The notes under the pieces: model-generated
The model's database searches: none
Told to the model about the DNA's origin: nothing
What the model saw: only the letters and a program-made list of their open reading frames with translations
Source of the DNA: a virus
Length of the DNA: 64,000 nt
Strand: one strand, 5' to 3'
IMG/VR virus record: IMGVR_UViG_3300035696_000038
Coordinates: 5,616 to 69,615 of that record
Translations under genes and position numbers: made by a program
Shown here: positions 34,987 through 45,248 of the stretch, piece after piece
Numbering within the stretch: the stretch's first letter is position 1
Layout: each line of letters starts with the position of its first letter

Positions 34987-37720
34987 GTTCCAACCCAACT
35001 TCGACCAGGCTTACGCCTACTTCAGCTACCGGCTGCCGATGGAGCGGCTGGCCAAGCACGACGCGCAAAACGTGCGCTGCCCCTTCCACGGCGATGCGCA
35101 CGCGTCGATGAGCCTGAGCCTGGCCAAGGGAATCTTCAACTGCCATACCTGCGATGCCCACGGCGGAATGCTGGAATTCGAGCGCCGCATGATGGGCACC
35201 GACACCGAAACCGCCTGGGCGGAGATTTACCGCATTACCGGCATGGAGCCGCCAAAGGTAACTCGCAAGTTGGTAAAGGTCTACGACTACGTGGACGTGC
35301 AGGGCAAACTGCTCTACCAGAAACTGCGCTACGAGCCGAAAGACTTTTCTCAGCGCCAGCCAGACGGCAAAAACGGCTGGTGGTACAACCTGAACGGCGT
35401 GAAAAAGGTGCTCTACCGCCTGCCCGAGGTGATTACCGCCAAGTTGGTTGTTTGTTTGGAGGGCGAAAAAGACTGCGACAACCTGAAAGAAGCCATGGAT
35501 GCAGCGGGTCTGAAGGACTGCGCGACGACCACCAGTTTTGATGGTGCCGGGCATTGGAAGGCGGAGTACGCGCCTTACTTTACCGGGCGGCTGGTGATGG
35601 TGATTCCCGACAACGACGCCAAAGGCAAAGCCCACGCCCAGACCGTGGCCGCCAGCGTGAAACCCTATGCCGCCAAGGTGAAGGTGGTGGAGCTGCCGGG
35701 ACTTCCCGAAAAAGGCGACGTGAGCGACTGGCTGGCGCAAGGGCACACGGTGAAGGAACTGATGGCGCTGGTAAAAGCCGCGCCCATCTGGGAGCCGGAA
35801 GCCTGCGACCATGTGCTGCTTGAAGAGATGCGCGACTTTCTGGACCGCGCGCCAGCCGAGATTGAATGGCTGGTGGAAGACTTGATCCCGGTGAAGACGC
35901 GCGGCCTGATGGTGGCAGATCCCAAGGTCGGGAAAGCGAGCCCGCTGGATACGCCGGTATTGACGCCTGACGGCTGGAAGCCCATGGGCAGCATTCGACC
36001 GGGCGATTTGGTCATTGGCAGCAACGGCAGCCCGACGCGCGTCCTTCAGATTCATCCGCAAGGAAAGTTGCCTTGCTACAAAGTAACGATGTCCGATGGC
36101 GTTTGGGTGGAGACGACAGCCGAGCATCTATGGGAAGTAAAAAACGCTAATGCGCGAAAGAGACATCGCGCAGCGAAGAAGGCAACAACGCAGGAAATTG
36201 CAGAGATGCTCGCGAAAGGCAAGAAGAGCGATGCTTACGTACCGCTAGTCAAGCCAGTCGAGTTCAGCGAGCGTGAATATGTGATTAGCCCATACGTGAT
36301 GGGGGTGATCCTGGCCAACGGCGGCATGGCACCGCTTGGTTGCCGGATTACGACGGGCGACCAACCCGTATTGGACCGTGTGGCGCAAGAACTGCCTTTT
36401 GGCGCGGAACTTTCCCACTTGTCGGTTGAAATCACGCACGGAATACGCGCGACTTCGAGAAAGATCGACAACGTGGTGGTGGGCGAGCTGAAGCGGCTGG
36501 GCCTGATTGGTCACAAGTCGACGGAGAAATGGATTCCAGAAGAGTATCTGCATGGCTCCGTGCAGCAGCGTTGGGCATTGTTACAGGGCCTACTGGATAG
36601 CGATGGATGCTTCGAGGCTGGGAAACTGCTGACCTACACCAGCGCAAGCAAGCGTTTGGCTGAAGGCGTGCGAGAGCTTGTGCTCTCTCTCGGCGGAACT
36701 TGCCGCATGAAGCCAAAGCGAACCTTTTACACGAAGAAGGGTTCGCGTGAGCGGCACGAAGCCTCTGGCGCTTACACTCTGGTAGCCAAACTGGAACGGG
36801 AAATGGGAAGCCCTTTCTGGCAGGACCGAAAGCGTGAAGCGTGGGAAAACAGCAGGGTCGGGATGAAAAAGAAGCCGTGCCGAAAAATCAGCGCAGTGGA
36901 GTTTTCGCGCAGCGCAGAAGCTCAGTGCATTACCGTTGACGCCGCAGATGGCTTGTATGTGACAAAAGACTACATCTTGACGCACAACTCGCCGCTGGCA
37001 TTGGACCTGGCGCTGGCGCTGGCATCGCAGTCAAGCTGGCTGGGCCACGTGGTGCCGCGGCGGCGCAGGGTGGCCGTCATCAGCCGCGAAGACTCACCGG
37101 ATGAAACCGCGCGGCGGCTGAAGCTCTTTGCGGCCGGCTCGGCGGCGCGCAGCGAATACAACTGGGGCCAGATTTGGGTGAACACCACGGCGCACTCCGC
37201 GCAACTGCATGTGGACAACCTGGAACAGATGGACGCGCTGATTGGCGAACTGAAGATGGAGCAGTTCGACCTGACCATCTTCGACGTGCTGAACGTGCTG
37301 CACTCCGGCGACGAAAACGACAACACCGTGATGGCCGGAGTGTTGGCGGCGCTCAAACGGGTGCAGACCGAGGCCGGCTGCGGCATCTTGCTGCTGCACC
37401 ACATCTCAAAGGCGCAGTCGACCAACATCTTTCGCGATGCGCGCGGCGCGGGCGCCATCCACGGCTGGCCGGAGTGGGGCGTGGGCCTGACCGTAACGGA
37501 TGAAACCCTGCCCCGCCGGGACTGGGTGCGGCGCACCGAGTTTGAACTGAAGTATGCCTGCCCCGCCGACCCCGTCTACTTCAAGATTGTGGGCGACGAC
37601 ACCGCCCTGCGCATTGAGCTGACCGAGACGCCGGAAAAGCCGGCGGCAAAACAGCGGCGCAAGGTGGAGGAGATTGCAAGCCCCTACGACGGACGCCAGC
37701 GGGCGGCGGGGGAGAACTGA
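34979..37720 (+). CDS. Primase-helicase (CHC2 Zn finger, TOPRIM, RepA/AAA_25-like helicase) with an intein
   Basis: RCPFHGD..FNCHTC; CLEGEKD; IPDND..G; KGDVSDW; P-loop ADPKVGK|S split by the intein; Walker B TIFDVL; LLHH.SK. Confidence 0.92.
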   Translation: MSEFQPNFDQAYAYFSYRLPMERLAKHDAQNVRCPFHGDAHASMSLSLAKGIFNCHTCDAHGGMLEFERRMMGTDTETAWAEIYRITGMEPPKVTRKLVKVYDYVDVQGKLLYQKLRYEPKDFSQRQPDGKNGWWYNLNGVKKVLYRLPEVITAKLVVCLEGEKDCDNLKEAMDAAGLKDCATTTSFDGAGHWKAEYAPYFTGRLVMVIPDNDAKGKAHAQTVAASVKPYAAKVKVVELPGLPEKGDVSDWLAQGHTVKELMALVKAAPIWEPEACDHVLLEEMRDFLDRAPAEIEWLVEDLIPVKTRGLMVADPKVGKASPLDTPVLTPDGWKPMGSIRPGDLVIGSNGSPTRVLQIHPQGKLPCYKVTMSDGVWVETTAEHLWEVKNANARKRHRAAKKATTQEIAEMLAKGKKSDAYVPLVKPVEFSEREYVISPYVMGVILANGGMAPLGCRITTGDQPVLDRVAQELPFGAELSHLSVEITHGIRATSRKIDNVVVGELKRLGLIGHKSTEKWIPEEYLHGSVQQRWALLQGLLDSDGCFEAGKLLTYTSASKRLAEGVRELVLSLGGTCRMKPKRTFYTKKGSRERHEASGAYTLVAKLEREMGSPFWQDRKREAWENSRVGMKKKPCRKISAVEFSRSAEAQCITVDAADGLYVTKDYILTHNSPLALDLALALASQSSWLGHVVPRRRRVAVISREDSPDETARRLKLFAAGSAARSEYNWGQIWVNTTAHSAQLHVDNLEQMDALIGELKMEQFDLTIFDVLNVLHSGDENDNTVMAGVLAALKRVQTEAGCGILLLHHISKAQSTNIFRDARGAGAIHGWPEWGVGLTVTDETLPRRDWVRRTEFELKYACPADPVYFKIVGDDTALRIELTETPEKPAAKQRRKVEEIASPYDGRQRAAGEN
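35936..36988 (+). mobile_element. Class 3 intein with LAGLIDADG homing endonuclease (351 aa)
   Basis: Starts ASPLDTPVLTPDGW; block B TAEHLW; LLQGLLDSDG; block F AQCITV; ends ILTHN|S. Confidence 0.9.
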
Positions 37721-37724
37721 AAGG

Positions 37725-37815
37725 CAGTTGTCAGTCTACAGTTGTCAGTTGTCAGTAAAAAGGCCCGGGACTGAAAACTGTGGACTGAAAACTGTGGACT
37801 GAAAACTGATAGCTG
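37725..37815. repeat. Inverted heptamer tandem repeats
   Basis: (CAGTTGT)n ... AAAAAGGCCCGGG ... (ACTGAAA/ACTGTGG)n. Confidence 0.8.
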
Positions 37816-37833
37816 AAACCCGAAAGGAGACAC

Positions 37834-38052
37834 ATGAAGGGGTTGAAGATTTTCACGGGCGTGGTGGGAATGTGCATCACCCTGCCGATTTGGTTTTACC
37901 TCATCTACTCGATCTTGTGCGCCATCCACCCAGACAGGCTGGTGTGGTTCCTGTTCTGGGTCTACGTGCCGTTGACGTTCCTGGTTGCCGCCATGCAGAA
38001 GGTCATCGATGCAGGCGAGAAAGACAAGAAGGCAACTGCTGGAGCGAAGTAA
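37834..38052 (+). CDS. Small two-TM membrane protein
   Basis: AAGGAG RBS; two hydrophobic helices. Confidence 0.7.
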   Translation: MKGLKIFTGVVGMCITLPIWFYLIYSILCAIHPDRLVWFLFWVYVPLTFLVAAMQKVIDAGEKDKKATAGAK

Positions 38053-39791
38053 TGTACCAGATTTTACAGGGCGACGTGATTGAGCAACTGCGGACGCTGG
38101 CAGATGCGTCGGTGGACGCTGTTGTGACCGACCCGCCTTACGGACTGGCGTTCATGGGAAAAGAATGGGACGACTTTGGCCGCCAACAAGAATACAAGGA
38201 GCGCGGCGGCTACAACGATGCCGGAATCATCCCGGGCTATGGGCGCGGCGGAACGAGCGAGCAACGCGAAAAATTCCGCCGCACATCGAACAGCTCTTAC
38301 CAGATGTTTTGCGAAGCGTGGACTACCGAATGTTTACGTGTACTGAAGCCGGGTGGCCACCTGCTGGCCTTTGGCGGAAGCCGGACCTACCACCGCCTAG
38401 CGTGCGCTGTTGAGGATGCCGGGTTTGAGATTCGCGACCAGATCATGTGGATCTACGGGAGCGGGTTTCCGAAGTCGCTGGACGTTTCGAAGGCGATTGA
38501 TAAGGCCGCGCGCGGCGTCCCGCAGGGCGGTGCCGACCCGACCAGTCCCCATCACGGCCAATACAAGAGCGGCTGCTCAGAGGAGAACGCGAGTGGGAAA
38601 GGCTTTGGCGCGGGACCGGGGCAGTTCATGAAGGATAGCCGCTCCAAATACGACAGCTCCAATCGCAAACCCGCGCCAAGCACAAGCAAAGGGTTCGGAT
38701 ATGAAAGCAAGGGCAATATCCCAGAATCGCAACCCCTCACCGATGCCGCGAAGCAATGGGATGGATGGGGCACGGCGCTGAAACCGGCACATGAACCCAT
38801 CGTGGTGGCGCGCAAGCCACTGGCAGGAACAGTTGCGGCGAACGTGCTGGAGTATGGCACTGGGGCGCTGAACATCGATGCCTGCCGGATTGGGACAGAT
38901 GGAGGATGTGCTGGTGCTGGTGCTGGTGCTGGCGGAAGAGTCTACGGCAACGGGTTAAACGGACCCTTCGCTCAACCTATCGAAGGCTTGGGCCGCTGGC
39001 CAGCCAACGTGATTCATGACGGCAGCGAGGAAGTAGTGAGCCTGTTCCCAGAGGCACAAACGGGGGATTTCTCTGGCCGTCGCAATGAACCCAAGACGAA
39101 AAACACTTTCAGTTCGTTCCAATTGCGGGACGAAGTTGGACACCGGGGCGACTCGGGCTCCGCGGCGCGGTTTTTCTATGCTGCGCGCAAGGATGAGCCG
39201 AGCGCGGAGCGCACCTACGAAGACAACGGCGGAACCAACTTTGCCATGAAGCCCGGCGCCCGGCGGCTGGACGAAGGCTCGCCTGCGCGCTTCTTCTACT
39301 GCGCCAAAGCAGATAAGGAAGAACGCGAGATCGGCTGCTATGCAGTGAACGCGCAGCCTCTTGCTTACGGAAACCAAGCGCTTGCCGAAGTTAAGCGCGG
39401 CGTGACAGAGAAGCACAGTAACAGCGGGATGAACGCCGTCAAAATGCGCGGAAACACGCATCCAACGGTCAAGCCTCTTGACTTGATGGCTTATCTTTGC
39501 CGGCTGGTGACGCCGCCGGGCGGGACGGTCGTGGATTGCTTTATGGGGTCGGGAAGCACCGGCATCGCCGCGCTGCGCGGCGGCTTCAACTTTATCGGTA
39601 TCGAGAAGAACCCAGAGTATGTGGAAATTGCGCGCCTGCGCCTGGAAGGCGATGCGCCGCTCTTCAACCGCGAAGCCGACAGTGGACAGTGGTCAGTGGA
39701 CAGTGAGCAACCGCTGCTTTTTGCTGAGAACTGCGAACTGACAACTGAGAACTGCGAACTGACAACTGAGAACTGCCCGGAGGACACGTAA
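38052..39791 (+). CDS. DNA amino (N6-A / N4-C) methyltransferase, beta class
   Basis: VVTDPPYG, RVLKPGG, GSGFPKS, HPTVKP, VDCFMGSGSTG; the C-terminus runs through heptamer repeats. Confidence 0.93.
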   Translation: MYQILQGDVIEQLRTLADASVDAVVTDPPYGLAFMGKEWDDFGRQQEYKERGGYNDAGIIPGYGRGGTSEQREKFRRTSNSSYQMFCEAWTTECLRVLKPGGHLLAFGGSRTYHRLACAVEDAGFEIRDQIMWIYGSGFPKSLDVSKAIDKAARGVPQGGADPTSPHHGQYKSGCSEENASGKGFGAGPGQFMKDSRSKYDSSNRKPAPSTSKGFGYESKGNIPESQPLTDAAKQWDGWGTALKPAHEPIVVARKPLAGTVAANVLEYGTGALNIDACRIGTDGGCAGAGAGAGGRVYGNGLNGPFAQPIEGLGRWPANVIHDGSEEVVSLFPEAQTGDFSGRRNEPKTKNTFSSFQLRDEVGHRGDSGSAARFFYAARKDEPSAERTYEDNGGTNFAMKPGARRLDEGSPARFFYCAKADKEEREIGCYAVNAQPLAYGNQALAEVKRGVTEKHSNSGMNAVKMRGNTHPTVKPLDLMAYLCRLVTPPGGTVVDCFMGSGSTGIAALRGGFNFIGIEKNPEYVEIARLRLEGDAPLFNREADSGQWSVDSEQPLLFAENCELTTENCELTTENCPEDT

Positions 39792-40276
39792 TGGCGATCC
39801 TCAATTACTCCACCGCAGTTTCGCCCGAACGCACGATCGGGGAGATCACTTCCTTGCTGGTTCGCAAAGGCGCACGCGCGATCACCACCGAATTTAGCGA
39901 GAACGGAGAAGTCTCTGCGGTGTCGTTTGTGATGCCCGTGGGCGGGTTACCCATCCGCTTCCTGTTGCCGGCCAATGCGGACGGCGTGGCCGCGGCCATG
40001 CTGCGCGACGAGCCGTGGAACAGCCGGCGGCAGAAGACACGGCTGGACTACGAAGCGAGTGTGCGCCATCGCTCAAAATGGGTAGCTTGGAGAATTTTGA
40101 AAGACTGGGTGGCCGCGCAGATGGCGCTGATTGAGTCAAACCAAGCCGAAGCCGCGCAGGTGTTTATGCCCTACGCTCAGGACGGCAAGGGGCAAACAAT
40201 GTTTCAGGTCTGGGTGGAAAACAACCAAAAACGGCTAACGGCTGGAAATGGGGTGCTGCATGGCGATCTCGATTGA
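39791..40276 (+). CDS. Conserved hypothetical phage protein
   Basis: ILNYST....TIGEI...VAWRILKDWV.AQMALIE. Confidence 0.8.
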   Translation: MAILNYSTAVSPERTIGEITSLLVRKGARAITTEFSENGEVSAVSFVMPVGGLPIRFLLPANADGVAAAMLRDEPWNSRRQKTRLDYEASVRHRSKWVAWRILKDWVAAQMALIESNQAEAAQVFMPYAQDGKGQTMFQVWVENNQKRLTAGNGVLHGDLD

Positions 40277-40496
40277 AAAAGGCAGGCCCGCGCCGCGCAG
40301 GCGCGCAGGCGCGGAAGAGATTGTGCCGGAACTGGCGCAAATGGAAGTGGGCGACAGCATCTTTATCCCCAACCAGACCGCCAGCGGCAACCCGGCGGTA
40401 AGCGCGCTGGGCGTGGGGATCTATGGGGTGAGAGTGGACAGGCAATTCGAGACTCGCTACGAGGACGACGGGCTGCGGGTGTGGAGGACGAGATGA
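40260..40496 (+). CDS. Small DNA-binding-like phage protein
   Basis: IEKGRPAP...MEVGDSIFIP...GLRVWRT. Confidence 0.65.
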   Translation: MAISIEKGRPAPRRRAGAEEIVPELAQMEVGDSIFIPNQTASGNPAVSALGVGIYGVRVDRQFETRYEDDGLRVWRTR

Positions 40497-40750
40497 AAGA
40501 CCTGCGCCCATTGTCATCGCTTGAAAGCGCTCTCGAAGCCGCCGCGCGGCTGTGCTGCGAGGCGCCGCAACTGCAAAAACTGCTGGTGCTGGGAGTGCGC
40601 CGCGACGGAACCAGCTTCTCTTGCGACAACGGCCTCACCGTGGACGAGGCCAAGACCATGATGGTGCACTTTGAAACCTGGCTCGATGCCTGCCTGGAGC
40701 GGCAGAGAAAACGCGAACGGAACCTGGAGAACAGCGAACGACCAAACTGA
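40493..40750 (+). CDS. Hypothetical protein
   Basis: GGAGG RBS; ATGA overlap. Confidence 0.6.
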   Translation: MKDLRPLSSLESALEAAARLCCEAPQLQKLLVLGVRRDGTSFSCDNGLTVDEAKTMMVHFETWLDACLERQRKRERNLENSERPN

Positions 40751-40760
40751 GGAGAGAACC

Positions 40761-41549
40761 ATGGAGACCCTACCGATTGCGGGCGGATGGGCGGAGCCGA
40801 TCAGCGACACGCTCCTGGCGCAACTGAAAGAAAGCGACCGGCGCATCACAGGAAACGGCGGCCGGTTCAACCGGATCAGCATGGAGATTGGCTGGGACGG
40901 CTACTTCATCAAACGCCACAACGGCTGGCGCGTGCTGGGCTATGAGGACGAGAAACACTACCGGCGCATAAAAGGCATCGGTCGCTCAACGTGGTACAAG
41001 ATGACCGGCATTGCCGAGCGGCTCTCGCACCTGAGCATGGAAGAGTTTTTAGCCATGACGGTGGAGAATGCCGAGCAGCTCTCAGTGCAGCCCTCCGAAG
41101 CCAAGCGCGACCCCGAACTGATATTGAAGGCGCAGACCAAGACCGCGCAGGAGTTTGCCGACGAGCTGGTGATGGCGCAGGCTACGCGCGAGAACAAGCC
41201 GCTGGGCGAGGTCTACGTGACCATTAAGTGGCGGCTAAAGCAGGCGCAGCGCGAGGTGATCGAGCGCGGACTTGAAGACTGGCAGCACGAGCACGGCATC
41301 GACGACCCCGGCTATGCGCTGGAACTTTTGGTGACCGAATACCGGGAACGGCCGACCCTGGTGGGCTTTATGACCGAATCGATTCCGCGGCTCTCGCGCG
41401 AGGTGCTGGGAGTGCATACCGGCAGCCCGGAGATCGAGCTGGTCGAGCTGCGCCACCTGCGCGACGAGTTCGCCGTGCACATCCACGAGATGGGCGAAAT
41501 ACTGAGACTCTGCTGCGGCGAGGCGGACAGCGATCAAGTTGCGGCGTGA
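40761..41549 (+). CDS. Hypothetical protein
   Basis: GAGGAG RBS; 262 aa. Confidence 0.75.
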   Translation: METLPIAGGWAEPISDTLLAQLKESDRRITGNGGRFNRISMEIGWDGYFIKRHNGWRVLGYEDEKHYRRIKGIGRSTWYKMTGIAERLSHLSMEEFLAMTVENAEQLSVQPSEAKRDPELILKAQTKTAQEFADELVMAQATRENKPLGEVYVTIKWRLKQAQREVIERGLEDWQHEHGIDDPGYALELLVTEYRERPTLVGFMTESIPRLSREVLGVHTGSPEIELVELRHLRDEFAVHIHEMGEILRLCCGEADSDQVAA

Positions 41550-41807
41550 GCCGCCGTCCTGCAACTCCCGTAAAAAGGGAACGGGCAACGGCTGCTGCCG
41601 GGAGCTGTTGCCCGCAGGGACGGTAAAGGCAGCCGGTGATGTCTGGTCGAGGGTCGGAGTTGAAAGCTGTTTTGATACGGGGAGCTTGCTGCAGAAGGGT
41701 AGGGCTCCCCTTTTTCTTAAACGCTGGCCTAGCCAGCATAACCAGCGTAGGTGCGGCACGGCGAAGCAGGCCCGTGCCAGATGTGGCCAACCTGCTTCTG
41801 GAAGGGT

Positions 41808-42022
41808 TGGCAGGCGCGGTATGGCAGTTAAGGCATGGCACGGCAGGGCCTAGTACGGCGCAGCAAGGCGAGCCAAGGCATGGCAGGCGGGGCTGGGCAA
41901 GGCAAGGCTCGGTCGGGCATGGCTCGGCCCGGCATGGCAGGCGAGGCGAGGTTTGGCGGGGCAACGCAAGGTATGGCAAGGCGGGACAAGGCTAGGCCCG
42001 CCCAGGATAGGCGCGGCAGGCC
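41808..42022 (+). repeat. Degenerate pentamer tandem repeat (GGCNN)n, ~40 units
   Basis: GGCAT GGCAC GGCAG GGCCT ... GGCAA GGCAA GGCTC GGTCG GGCAT GGCTC GGCCC GGCAT GGCAG. Confidence 0.8.
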
Positions 42023-42116
42023 ACCGCAACAAAGCAGTATCTGGCTGCTGGTTCTTGGTTGGCAGTTTGCGGCTGAGAGCTAGCAGCTAGAAGTTGCTTC
42101 AAAAAAAGGAGGATAA

Positions 42117-42509
42117 GTGAACCGCGAAATCGTTTTGGAACTTTACCGCGCTCTGATCCTGCTGAATGCGCCAGGCGAACTGCTGGCGACTGTGGGCTCG
42201 TGGGGAAGCACCATGCCCGACGAAGACACGTTGGCGCACCTGAAGGGTTGGAACGAAGCCGCTCTGGACGGCCTCAAGAACCGCATTATCCATTACGCCT
42301 TGGGCCGCCCGGACATGCAACCAGATACGCCAGCGAAGCCTAAACGCGACGAAAAACCACCCCGTGCCGACACATTTGCCGCGCGCTTGGAAGAGTTGTT
42401 GATGCCCTTGCTCGAAATCAAGCGGCGACAGCTCGACGAAGAATGCGCGCGGCTGGTGGCCGAAGCAAGAGAGGCGGCAGAACTGAAAACTGACGACTGT
42501 GAACTGTGA
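42117..42509 (+). CDS. Hypothetical protein
   Basis: AAGGAGG RBS before GTG; ends in a (GAACTGT)n repeat at 42481-42534. Confidence 0.65.
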   Translation: MNREIVLELYRALILLNAPGELLATVGSWGSTMPDEDTLAHLKGWNEAALDGLKNRIIHYALGRPDMQPDTPAKPKRDEKPPRADTFAARLEELLMPLLEIKRRQLDEECARLVAEAREAAELKTDDCEL

Positions 42510-42550
42510 ACTGTGAACTGTGAACTGTGAACTGTTACGGAGGAACAAAA

Positions 42551-42844
42551 ATGCCATTCCCGAAGAACGCCGAAGAGATGTGGGCACAGGGCTACCAGTT
42601 TGCCGGCCACGGTGAGTGCGCCGGGTGCCACGACCAGATAGAGTGGTGGCGTACACCGCAAGGACGGCATATCCCAATGAACAGGATGTGCGAGTCAACC
42701 AGCCCCGCCATTGCGCACTGGGCAACCTGTCCAGAGTCTGGACAGTTCAGAACCCCACAACAACAAAAACAGGTTCCCGCGCCGGACGCGCGGTTGGCCG
42801 CACCGCAGGTACCGCCGCAGATGGCAATGAAGAAGGCAAGTTAA
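42551..42844 (+). CDS. Hypothetical Zn-binding phage protein
   Basis: GGAGG RBS; CAGC..IEWWRT..G..IPM...HWATCP. Confidence 0.7.
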   Translation: MPFPKNAEEMWAQGYQFAGHGECAGCHDQIEWWRTPQGRHIPMNRMCESTSPAIAHWATCPESGQFRTPQQQKQVPAPDARLAAPQVPPQMAMKKAS

Positions 42845-42907
42845 GGGAATCACGTACTTAATCCTTTTGGTTAACGTCGTCACTGGCACGAAAGTAGAAA
42901 GGATTTT

Positions 42908-43920
42908 ATGGCAAGCGGAACGTCAGGTCATTTCGAGGGGTGTTGGGAATCGCATCTCCCATGCGCTCTGAAGCGATTGAAGGCAGCCGAACAGGCTGTG
43001 TTTGATGCAGTAAAGTCTTTCGGTGATCGATACGAGCATGGTCCGAATAGAAACGATGAGTATTGGCAAAAGCGCGCTAATGACTTCATCGCACAAGCCC
43101 TTCGCAAGTAACGTCGCGACAGTGAAGACGACAGGAAAGCGGGTGAGCGATGACCAAGGAGGAAATTATCGATGGGCTCAAGAACGGCCGACGGCTGCGC
43201 TGTGACCGCAAGGATGAACCCTTGCTGCCCTGGCTGCTTGAACACCCCATGATCGACAACATGTTTGTGCAGGCAACGGAGGAATCAAGCTATATCGAAT
43301 TCAGGTGGAAAGAGGAGAAGAATGCGGAAAACACCCGAGGAACAGGCCGATGAGGCGGTGGCGCTGCTGAGGCGACTGCTCGAAACGCACTCTGCGGCGG
43401 AGACCGGCCTGATGCTGACCAGCGCGCTCATCACACTGATGCGGGTGATGGGAGTGGAAAACCAGGACGCCCTTGATGTCTACGGGCGAGCCTTTACCGA
43501 GATGTATTTGGCGGAGGCCGAAGATGCGGGCATCGGCAATGCGCAACCGTGCCTTTTTACTGAGAACTGTGAACTAACAACTGAGAACTGTTCGTTAACA
43601 ACTGACAACTGTTCGTTAACAACTGAGAACTGCCCGGAGGAAAAGCCATGTATCCAGTGAGCCCGGTGCTGGCGGGAGACCCGAGGCCGGAAGTGATGCT
43701 GGCCAAAGACCAACACGAGTATGAACCGCTGCCGGTGGTGCGCCTGCCGGGCCACAAGTGGCCCATGGTTTCACGCTGGCGCTTTACCGACGAAGAGCGC
43801 GGCGCGGTGGCTGCCGGAGCCGATGTGCTGCTGACTCAGTTGACCTTTGGCAACCTTTTTCACCCGGTGTTTTTGGAAACCGCGATGCCGGACCAAGGCC
43901 TGCAGACGGCAAGCGAATGA
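42908..43920 (+). CDS. Run of four short hypothetical genes (42908-43111, 43150-43353, 43322-43660, 43648-43920)
   Basis: Consecutive co-oriented ORFs with RBS motifs; the third ends in translated heptamer repeats (ENCELTT). Confidence 0.55.
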
Positions 43921-44276
43921 GCCGGAAGTCGGCTGCGCCCACGGTAAAAGTGCTGCGCGACGGCAGAGAGATTGTGAACCTGCTGACCAAGGCCGGGCAC
44001 GACGAATACCAGCGGCGCAAACGCGTAATGTGGGAGCGGCAGGGCCGGCGCTGCTGCCTGGAACGCTGGGTGATTGGCTGCCCCGGAAAACTGGCGTGGG
44101 CCGATTGTGTTTTCGAGCACCAGGACGGCCGGGGTATGGACGCGGGACACCGGGATGACCGCATTGAAAAACCGAACCCGAAGACAGGAAAGATGGAACA
44201 CTATAACGGTGTAGCCCACCCGGAGTGCAACAGCGCGAAAGGTTCGCGCAGAATCGATTACCATGACGTGCCGTGA
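43917..44276 (+). CDS. HNH-like / Zn-binding protein
   Basis: RQGRRCCL...FEHQDGRG...HRDDR..AHPECNSAKGS. Confidence 0.65.
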   Translation: MSRKSAAPTVKVLRDGREIVNLLTKAGHDEYQRRKRVMWERQGRRCCLERWVIGCPGKLAWADCVFEHQDGRGMDAGHRDDRIEKPNPKTGKMEHYNGVAHPECNSAKGSRRIDYHDVP

Positions 44277-44312
44277 AAAAACAGCGGGTAGCGAACCAGA
44301 GTTGCGAAGGCG

Positions 44313-44540
44313 ATGGAGATGATCAGAAAGTCTTATGACTGCGAGGTCTGCGGCGCTGAGCGCAAGCAAGCCAACCACTGGTTTGTATTTACGCGCACCG
44401 CTACGGGCATTGAATTCCATACGTGGAAGTGGGCCGTGCAGAAAGGAGTTTTGGACTGTGAACCGTTCGGCCATTTGTGCGGCCAGGAGTGCGCGCATAA
44501 GCTGCTTGACGATTTCCTGGCTCAACCGGAACAAGAGTGA
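44313..44540 (+). CDS. Small Zn-ribbon protein
   Basis: CEVCG...NHWF...HLCGQEC. Confidence 0.7.
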   Translation: MEMIRKSYDCEVCGAERKQANHWFVFTRTATGIEFHTWKWAVQKGVLDCEPFGHLCGQECAHKLLDDFLAQPEQE

Positions 44541-44559
44541 GTGTATTGGAGGAGAAAGA

Positions 44560-45066
44560 ATGAACCGACGTGATTTTGGAAAACAAGCGACTGCCGCCGC
44601 CCTGGTGTTTTCACTAGCCGGGTGCGGCGTGAGCACCATTCAGGGCTACATCAATGCCGTCGATATTGCCGTGACCGGCGTGCTGAACCTGATTGGAGAC
44701 GCGGCCCTGGCCAACAAGATTCAAGATGCCATGACCGCTGTTAACGCCGCATTGGCCAACTGGAAATCGGGGACGATTCCGCAGATGGTGATCGAGGCGC
44801 TGAACGACCTGCAACAAGTGCTGGACGCCGTGCCGATCTCAAGCAAGCTGACCGCGCTGATTTCGATTGCCATTGCCGCCATTGACGCGATTTTGACGGC
44901 GAGCGGCGCCGGGACACTGAAGCCGAACGCAGTGGCCAGGCCGCGCCTGCACGGCAAACTGAACCTGGAGCTGAAGACACGCCGCCAATTTGCCAAAGCC
45001 TGGAACAAGGCCATCGACGACGCTGGCTTGTCTGCGACAGCCAAAGTTAAGGTGCCGCTGTTTTAA
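44560..45066 (+). CDS. Tat-signal lipoprotein
   Basis: MNRRDF...LAGC lipobox; GGAGGAG RBS. Confidence 0.75.
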   Translation: MNRRDFGKQATAAALVFSLAGCGVSTIQGYINAVDIAVTGVLNLIGDAALANKIQDAMTAVNAALANWKSGTIPQMVIEALNDLQQVLDAVPISSKLTALISIAIAAIDAILTASGAGTLKPNAVARPRLHGKLNLELKTRRQFAKAWNKAIDDAGLSATAKVKVPLF

Positions 45067-45181
45067 GAAAGACAGTTCTCAGTTCGCAGTTCACAGTTCG
45101 CAGTGGACAGTTCACGGTTGTCAGTTAAAAACACGGCTGTGGACTGCCCGCTGCGAGATTTGAGAGTGGTGAAATACACTG

Positions 45182-45218
45182 CTGGAGACGCGGTTTGAGT
45201 GCGCCCGCCGGGCGCAAC
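45182..45218 (+). CRISPR. Solitary CRISPR repeat B
   Basis: CTGGAGACGCGGTTTGAGTGCGCCCGCCGGGCGCAAC has the same 3' hairpin and AAC end as the arrays. Confidence 0.65.
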
Positions 45219-45248
45219 CGGGGCCACCACATCGCCTGCACGAAGAAT

